This document shows positions 58,717 to 64,000 of a stretch of DNA of 64,000 bases, one piece after another (position 1 is the first letter of the stretch; each line of letters opens with the position of its first letter). Location of the stretch: the IMG/VR virus record IMGVR_UViG_3300036835_000437. One strand, 5' to 3'. The DNA is from an uncultured virus (IMG/VR IMGVR_UViG_3300036835_000437). Lineage: Duplodnaviria > Heunggongvirae > Uroviricota > Caudoviricetes. A model generated the notes under the pieces. The model did no database searches. It was given only the letters and a program-made list of their open reading frames with translations, and was not told the origin of the DNA. A program made the translations under genes and the position numbers.

Positions 58717-59251
58717 GACCCCGCCAGAAGCGACCTGGGCACTCCTGAAGGCTGAGCTGCTGCCGCCCCACATCTGGGAGCCGGCGGCCGGGCGCGGCGC
58801 CATCGTGAATGTCCTGCGGGAAGCCGGGCATACCGTCTTCGCCAGCGATCTTATGGATTACGGTATCGCGCAGGACTCCGGCAGGGACTTCCTGAACGAG
58901 CAGCGTGCCCCCTACAGCTGCGCTGCGATCGTTACCAACCCACCCTTTGGCAACCAGATGGCGGAGCGCTTCGTGCGCAAGGCGATCACCCTGGTGCCGC
59001 TGACGGTCATGCTCCTGCGGCTGGCGTTCCTCGAAGGAACAGGGCGCGACGACATCCTCGACCGGTTGACGCGGGTGCACATCTTCAAGAACCGCCTGCC
59101 GATGATGCACCGCGATGGCTGGGCCGGGCCCAAGTCCACCTCCATGGTCGCGTTCGGCTGGTTCGTCTGGCAGCGCGGCCACCGAGGGGCAACCCGGCTG
59201 CATCGCATCAGATGGGAGAGGCTCGATGGCACTGCGGCTCGCGCTGCTTAA
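58658..59251 (+). CDS. Phage DNA amino-methyltransferase
   Basis: HETPP..T, IWEPAAGRGAI (SAM-binding), SD, DFL, IVTNPPF catalytic motif, RLAFLEG..R. Confidence 0.8.
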   Translation: MRTGNPGRDPVHARGPQLHETPPEATWALLKAELLPPHIWEPAAGRGAIVNVLREAGHTVFASDLMDYGIAQDSGRDFLNEQRAPYSCAAIVTNPPFGNQMAERFVRKAITLVPLTVMLLRLAFLEGTGRDDILDRLTRVHIFKNRLPMMHRDGWAGPKSTSMVAFGWFVWQRGHRGATRLHRIRWERLDGTAARAA

Positions 59252-59462
59252 CACGCAGATTGCTCTGCGGGCGCGCCAGATCGCGCACGAGGCGACCAGG
59301 ACCTGCAAGGGCGAGCTGTTGCCCCATGACGACGAGCATCACACGCCGAAGTGCAACAAGCTCAAGCACGAGATCGAGGACCTTGCCCGGCTGGTCAAGC
59401 TGGCCACGCACCAGGGCGAGGTACGTCGCGAGGCGGAGCCGTTTGCGCTGTCGGCGGAGTAA
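59226..59462 (+). CDS. Hypothetical protein
   Basis: GAGAGG RBS; C...HxxxC. Confidence 0.5.
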   Translation: MALRLALLNTQIALRARQIAHEATRTCKGELLPHDDEHHTPKCNKLKHEIEDLARLVKLATHQGEVRREAEPFALSAE

Positions 59463-59473
59463 GAGGGGGCAGG

Positions 59474-60133
59474 ATGGTGACCAGGGAGATGTTTGAGTTG
59501 CGTGACTGGGAGGACGCAGTCAATCGCTGGGGGCACGAGATGTGCCCCAGGTTCAACGAGTACGCCCGCCGGCAAGCGCTCTATGGTGCCGAGAACGACC
59601 CCGTCACCCAGGCGGCCTCGCGCGCGGGGGAGATCGTGGCTTGTCTTGGGCTCGGCCTCGATCCTGATAGGGAGCTGCTCAAAGAGCCCTTGCCTGTCGG
59701 CGAAGACAGGCCGCACTTTGACCTACGGCTCGGTTACCGCCGTGCTGACGTCAAACAGACCATGCTGCATTACCAGTACCTGATCTGGCCACTCACCAAG
59801 GTCCTGGACTACGCCACGCGGCGGTTTGATCTGCTGATCCTGGCGAAGATCGATTACCGGATAAACGACGAAGCGCGGACCATCCACAGCATCAGGGGGC
59901 ACCTCTATGGCTGGATGACCAAGGACAGATTCCAGGAGAAGAAGCGGATCGCCAACGACATGCATCCGCACCTCGATGCCGGCACTTGGTACGTGCAGGA
60001 CCTGGAGTTGGGCATCGACTTCTCGCGCTTTGAGGGCGAGCTTGATCTGCAACGACACCGTGGAGGTTATGATGGACGGCGAATGGCAACAGTACCGCAA
60101 GGTAGCGATCACCGAGATGCGCCCATACGTTGA
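59474..60133 (+). CDS. Putative PD-(D/E)xK nuclease-like protein
   Basis: GE...D...FD......DVKQT...FD..IL...GW. Confidence 0.5.
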   Translation: MVTREMFELRDWEDAVNRWGHEMCPRFNEYARRQALYGAENDPVTQAASRAGEIVACLGLGLDPDRELLKEPLPVGEDRPHFDLRLGYRRADVKQTMLHYQYLIWPLTKVLDYATRRFDLLILAKIDYRINDEARTIHSIRGHLYGWMTKDRFQEKKRIANDMHPHLDAGTWYVQDLELGIDFSRFEGELDLQRHRGGYDGRRMATVPQGSDHRDAPIR

Positions 60134-60295
60134 GGGCGAAGACCTGTCCAAGATCAGCGTGCGGCCCGACTACACACCCAAGCCGGGCGACCTCGTCGCG
60201 CACGCGATCCGGCCAAGCCGGAAGATCAGTGGCTGGTCGCTCAGGAGTTCGCAGAGGCGAACTACGAACAAGTGGAGGAAGACGACGATGCCTAG
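60069..60295 (+). pseudogene. Small phage gene interrupted by a 2-nt frameshift at about 60201
   Basis: Frame 1 reads ...PKPGDLVA; after skipping CA it reads RDPAKPEDQWLVAQEFAEANYEQVEEDDDA*, ending over the RBS/ATG of the next gene. Confidence 0.55.
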
Positions 60296-60587
60296 CGAGT
60301 TGCTCGATTCCGACAAGCTCATCGCATGGCTGCGCCAGCAGCCGGCCGATGAGGAGTATCAGTGGAGCGATCCGGTGAAGTGCCTGATGGGGCGCTACAT
60401 CACCGATGTCGGCACGCCAGCCGATCTCTACGCCTACAGCGAGATGCCGCACTACCACGAGATCGCCGAGACCAAGCCCTGGACGTTCGGCGCTGCGCTC
60501 CAACGTGCCGAGGCGTTCAGAGAGTTGGCGCCGCCGGCACCGGTGCTGCAGATCGAGGACCGCCATGCAGAGGTCGTTCAAGAGTGA
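60288..60587 (+). CDS. Hypothetical protein
   Basis: GGAGG RBS before ATG 60288 (MPSELLDS); C-terminal part of the 203-aa ORF in the track. Confidence 0.6.
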   Translation: MPSELLDSDKLIAWLRQQPADEEYQWSDPVKCLMGRYITDVGTPADLYAYSEMPHYHEIAETKPWTFGAALQRAEAFRELAPPAPVLQIEDRHAEVVQE

Positions 60588-62098
60588 AGGAACTGCGCCC
60601 TTATCAAGAAGAAGCCCTCCAGGCGATCCGGCAGACGGTGGGCCAGGGCGTGAAGCGCCTCGTCTGTCAGGCGCCAACGGGAAGCGGCAAGACGGTCCTG
60701 GCGGCGACGATAGTTGAAGGCGCGCTGCGCAAGGGCAACCGGCTGTGCTTCACGGTGCCGGCGATCGATCTTGTCGATCAGACCGTCGAGATGTTCTACG
60801 CGCAGGGCATCCGCGACATCGGCGTCATCCAGGCCGATCACCAGATGACCAACTGGGCGATGCCGATTCAAGTCGCGTCGATACAGACCATCCGCTCGCG
60901 CAAGGTCTATCCCGAGGCCCAGGTTGTCGTCATTGACGAGTGCCACCAGCTGCACAAGGCACATGTAGCATGGCTACAACACCCTGACTGGCAAGCAGTG
61001 CCGTTCATCGGGCTCAGTGCAACTCCCTGGACGCGCGGCCTCGGGCGCCACTTCGAGACCCTCCTCGTGATGAGCACCACGAAGGAGCTGATCGAACAGG
61101 GCTACCTCTCCAAGTTTCGCGTGTTCGCAGCGGATCATCCCGACCTTTCTCAGGTTAAGGTCGTAGCCGGCGATTACGTCGAGAAGCAGCTGTCCACCGT
61201 GATGAGCGAACAGCAGCTGATGGCGAACATCATCGAGACCTGGAAGGTGCGCCATGGCAAGGACAAGACATTGGTGTTCGGAGTCGACTGCGCGCATGCC
61301 CAGGCGCTTCAGGCGCGCTTCCTCGACGCTGGCGTCTCGTGCGCGTACCAGGACGCCGGCGCGCCAAGCTCGGAGAGAGCCGCGATCAAGCGGGGGTTCC
61401 ACGATGGAACATATCGTGTGGTTTGCAATGTCGGAACACTCACAACGGGAGTGGACTGGGATGTCCGATGCCTCGTCTTGGCCCGCCCAACCCGTAGCGA
61501 GATGCTCTTTGTGCAGATTCTGGGCCGGGCTCTACGCACGGCTCCTGGCAAGGACTATGCGCTTATTCTCGACCACACGAGCACGCACGAGCGGCTAGGG
61601 CTCGTTACCGATATCCACCACGAGCGGCTGAGCCAGGGCAAGCTCGATGACAACAAGAGCGTGAAGCGCGGCCCGCCTCTGCCCAGGCCTTGCCCCCGGT
61701 GCTCGTGCCTGCTGGCAGTCGGCCAGAAGGTCTGCGAGGAGTGCGGCTTCGAGCGCAAGATCGTGAGCAAGATCACCGAGAGAGACGGTCAGCTGGTGGA
61801 GTTCGATGGGACCTTTCGCAAGAAGGGCAAGACCAATCCCGACTTACTGCCCTACACCTACGAGGAGAAGCGGCGGTTCTACGCCCAGCTGCGCGGCCAC
61901 GAGATCATGAAGGGCTACAAGACCGGTTGGGCCAAGATGCAGTACCGGGAGAAGTTCAAAGAGCCTTGGCCGCCTTGGCCCTGGGAGCGCGACGCCCCCA
62001 TGAACCCAGGCCCAGAGGTGGTGAACTATGTCCGATCCCGTGCCATCGCCTGGGCGAACAGTCCCGACAACCCTCGCAACCGCCCGCGTTCAGCTTGA
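60584..62098 (+). CDS. SF2 DEAD/DEAH-box helicase with C-terminal Zn finger (RadD/YejH-like)
   Basis: LRPYQ, APTGSGKT, IDECH, GLSATP, LTTGVD, QILGRALR, CPRC...CEECG. Confidence 0.9.
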   Translation: MKELRPYQEEALQAIRQTVGQGVKRLVCQAPTGSGKTVLAATIVEGALRKGNRLCFTVPAIDLVDQTVEMFYAQGIRDIGVIQADHQMTNWAMPIQVASIQTIRSRKVYPEAQVVVIDECHQLHKAHVAWLQHPDWQAVPFIGLSATPWTRGLGRHFETLLVMSTTKELIEQGYLSKFRVFAADHPDLSQVKVVAGDYVEKQLSTVMSEQQLMANIIETWKVRHGKDKTLVFGVDCAHAQALQARFLDAGVSCAYQDAGAPSSERAAIKRGFHDGTYRVVCNVGTLTTGVDWDVRCLVLARPTRSEMLFVQILGRALRTAPGKDYALILDHTSTHERLGLVTDIHHERLSQGKLDDNKSVKRGPPLPRPCPRCSCLLAVGQKVCEECGFERKIVSKITERDGQLVEFDGTFRKKGKTNPDLLPYTYEEKRRFYAQLRGHEIMKGYKTGWAKMQYREKFKEPWPPWPWERDAPMNPGPEVVNYVRSRAIAWANSPDNPRNRPRSA

Positions 62099-62325
62099 GC
62101 GGCTCCACTACGGGCTGGCGCTGCACGGTCCGACCGAGGACACCCCCGCGCTGTGCAAGGCGCTCGCCCGGTCTCCGCTGTGGCTGGAGGCCCGGTGTCT
62201 GCTCCGGGGGCATGGATTACCGGAATACGAGATCAACCTGCTGATGGGCACGCACCCCCAGGGCTGTGCCTGCTGGGAGTGCGTGCGTCAGTTACGCAAG
62301 GATGTCTTGAAGCACCGTCGCCGGC

Positions 62326-62937
62326 TCAGCGCCCGCGCTGCCGCAGGAAAGCCTCAGCCGCGCGCCCGGTGAGCGGCGCCTTGCGCCTCTGGCCGGTAAG
62401 CTCGGCGTGCTTGTGCTCATCGCGCACCTTGCGCTTCTCTGTCGCTACGAGCTTCTTCTGCTCCTCGGTGGGAATCTTGTTATGAGCGTTGGCGACGGCA
62501 TAGGCGGCAGCGGCGACCTCGGGGTCGAGCACCTCGCTAGCGGGGAACTCACGCTTGAGAACGGCATCGACCGCAGCCTGGGCGGCCATGCCCCGGCGCA
62601 GGAAGGTCGGGACAGGGCCAGGGTCATTCAGATCACCAGCCCGTGGTATTGCGCCGGCATTGTCCTGGACGGTGACCGGGTCATCGCCTTTGCTCCGATC
62701 CTCCGCTACATGCGCTACTGGAACCGGCGGCGCATCCTTGGCTTCTGTAAGACCAGACACTGGACGGCCACAGAGCTTTAGCCGTTGCATGTCCAACCGC
62801 CGAAACCTCTTGAGCAATCCCGGCAGCTCGACCTCAGCCCTGACCAGCATCCTGATCGCCTGCTCGCGCTGGAGTTCAAGGCGCTTGATCTGATTGCGCA
62901 GAAGCCGAAGCTCACGTTGGCGCTTGGTTTCCTTCAT
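62326..62937 (-). CDS. Hypothetical protein
   Basis: AAAGG RBS; strong promoter upstream. Confidence 0.6.
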   Translation of the reverse strand: MKETKRQRELRLLRNQIKRLELQREQAIRMLVRAEVELPGLLKRFRRLDMQRLKLCGRPVSGLTEAKDAPPVPVAHVAEDRSKGDDPVTVQDNAGAIPRAGDLNDPGPVPTFLRRGMAAQAAVDAVLKREFPASEVLDPEVAAAAYAVANAHNKIPTEEQKKLVATEKRKVRDEHKHAELTGQRRKAPLTGRAAEAFLRQRGR

Positions 62938-62972
62938 GACGTGTTACCTTTCATGGTTGACGCTAGATAGGT

Positions 62973-63001
62973 AGTGTAGCACATCTGCAACACTATGTCA
63001 A
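62973..63001 (-). promoter_or_regulatory. Near-consensus sigma70 promoter TTGACA-N17-TACACT
   Basis: Minus strand reads TTGACAtagtgttgcagatgtgcTACACT. Confidence 0.7.
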
Positions 63002-63114
63002 GATAGCATATACCTATCTCAGCGGCACCTGACAATGGGTCAGTAGCGAGATCGCGAAGATGCAGATCGCCACCGCCATAGCGAGGATCACCACCTCGCG
63101 GATGGTGTAGTGCT

Positions 63115-63564
63115 TCATCGCTTGATCCTGCGCTCTACCGGAATGTTCTGCGAGACCGGCATCGCGCGCGGGCGCGGATGATCCGGCGGCCACCCGTTGC
63201 AGTGTCCGATCTCGTGCCGCAGGAGCGTGCCGGTGTTGTAGCCGCGCTCGCGCATCACCTTGTCCTCGACCAGATAGATCACGCAGCTCTCGCTGTTGTG
63301 CCAAGCGCAGCCAAGCATGCCCGGCTTGTCCTGACCGCAGGCTGCCTGCAGCGAGACGAGGTCGGGCACGACCCTGATGGTAAGGTCGCCGTCGTAAGGA
63401 CGGTCGAACTCCTCCGGTGGAAGGATCATCTTGGGCGCAGGGGCCGGTGTCGGCTTGACCGGGAGTATCCTGATTGTCGGATTGAAGTCGCCCTTCTGGG
63501 CAACGGCGAGGCTCACGCTGATGTTGGCTAACACCAGCGCGGCGAACCATGCTCCTCCTCTCAT
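63115..63564 (-). CDS. Secreted zincin-like (HExxH) protein
   Basis: N-terminal signal-like segment; LLRHEIGHCNGW. Confidence 0.6.
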   Translation of the reverse strand: MRGGAWFAALVLANISVSLAVAQKGDFNPTIRILPVKPTPAPAPKMILPPEEFDRPYDGDLTIRVVPDLVSLQAACGQDKPGMLGCAWHNSESCVIYLVEDKVMRERGYNTGTLLRHEIGHCNGWPPDHPRPRAMPVSQNIPVERRIKR

Positions 63565-63746
63565 CGCACCCGCTCCCAGATCAGGAAGCTGGCAACGCCA
63601 CCGATCACCGCCGCTGGCAGCAGCAGAATATCGGTCTGCCACGACCACGGCGGTGGCGGCAGGTAGTCAATGCCGGGAATGGCAACGGCGACGATGGTGC
63701 CGGCGATCAGATAGAGCGCAAGCGGGTGCTTCAGATACTTCTTCAT
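63561..63746 (-). CDS. Small two-TM membrane protein
   Basis: AAAGGA RBS; hydrophobic. Confidence 0.55.
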   Translation of the reverse strand: MKKYLKHPLALYLIAGTIVAVAIPGIDYLPPPPWSWQTDILLLPAAVIGGVASFLIWERVR

Positions 63747-63781
63747 CGGTGGTTCCTTTCATAGGTTGGGGTTAATCCTCA

Positions 63782-63997
63782 TCAGCCCAGCTGGCTGACC
63801 AGGGCCTCGAACTTCCTCTCGCTGGTGGTGAGCCGTATCGTCACCAGGAGCCGCAGCAAGCGCGCTGCGGGCTCGGGGATGGTGTAGCCCTCCGCATAGC
63901 GATAGGGGGATCGGCGCGAGAGGCCCAGGACCTCGGCCATACGCTTGTGCGTCCAGCCCAGGGTTTCTCGTGCATTACGGTATTCGCTCGTAGTCAT
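63782..63997 (-). CDS. XRE-like HTH DNA-binding protein
   Basis: MT..EYRNARETLGWTHKRMAEVLGLSRRS.YRY. Confidence 0.7.
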   Translation of the reverse strand: MTTSEYRNARETLGWTHKRMAEVLGLSRRSPYRYAEGYTIPEPAARLLRLLVTIRLTTSERKFEALVSQLG

Positions 63998-64000
63998 CGT

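Noticed and set aside
1..64000. Integrase, tRNA, rRNA, DNA polymerase/primase, reverse transcriptase (DGR/retron)
   Set aside because: No recognisable motifs found by eye; such genes may lie outside the window, so lifestyle is undetermined.

Overview
The window is a large part, probably most, of a high-GC tailed dsDNA phage genome with podovirus-like organisation. In order it carries a putative TerS, TerL, portal, GroES-like protein, scaffold, major capsid, adaptor, tail fibres, tail tube/nozzle, three giant ejection-type proteins, a lysis module and a recombination/replication block (ERF, HNH, DNA methylase, SF2 helicase). An alphaproteobacterial host is an inference. I recognised no integrase, tRNA, rRNA or DNA polymerase. 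The main finding is at 4469-6423: a 268-aa Nop/IS110-like protein with no nuclease domain, flanked on both sides by non-coding arrays of 36-nt period. Each array alternates two 9-nt repeats (GAGCGAGCC and GAGRGCRCC on the minus strand) with mostly 9-nt unique spacers, about 31 units in total. This is the architecture of a TIGR-Tas (TasA-type) RNA-guided system, here inside a phage operon. Other points: an Acb2/Tad1-like anti-defence candidate directly upstream of terL; about 40 copies of an x-x-x-G-G-x-[VIL] motif confined to six head/ejection proteins, apparently separating enzyme-like modules; a collagen/YadA-anchor moron; a G-tract with a strand-skew flip after terS (candidate packaging site); and a 2-nt frameshift near 60200. 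All protein family calls come from recognising motifs by eye, not from database searches.
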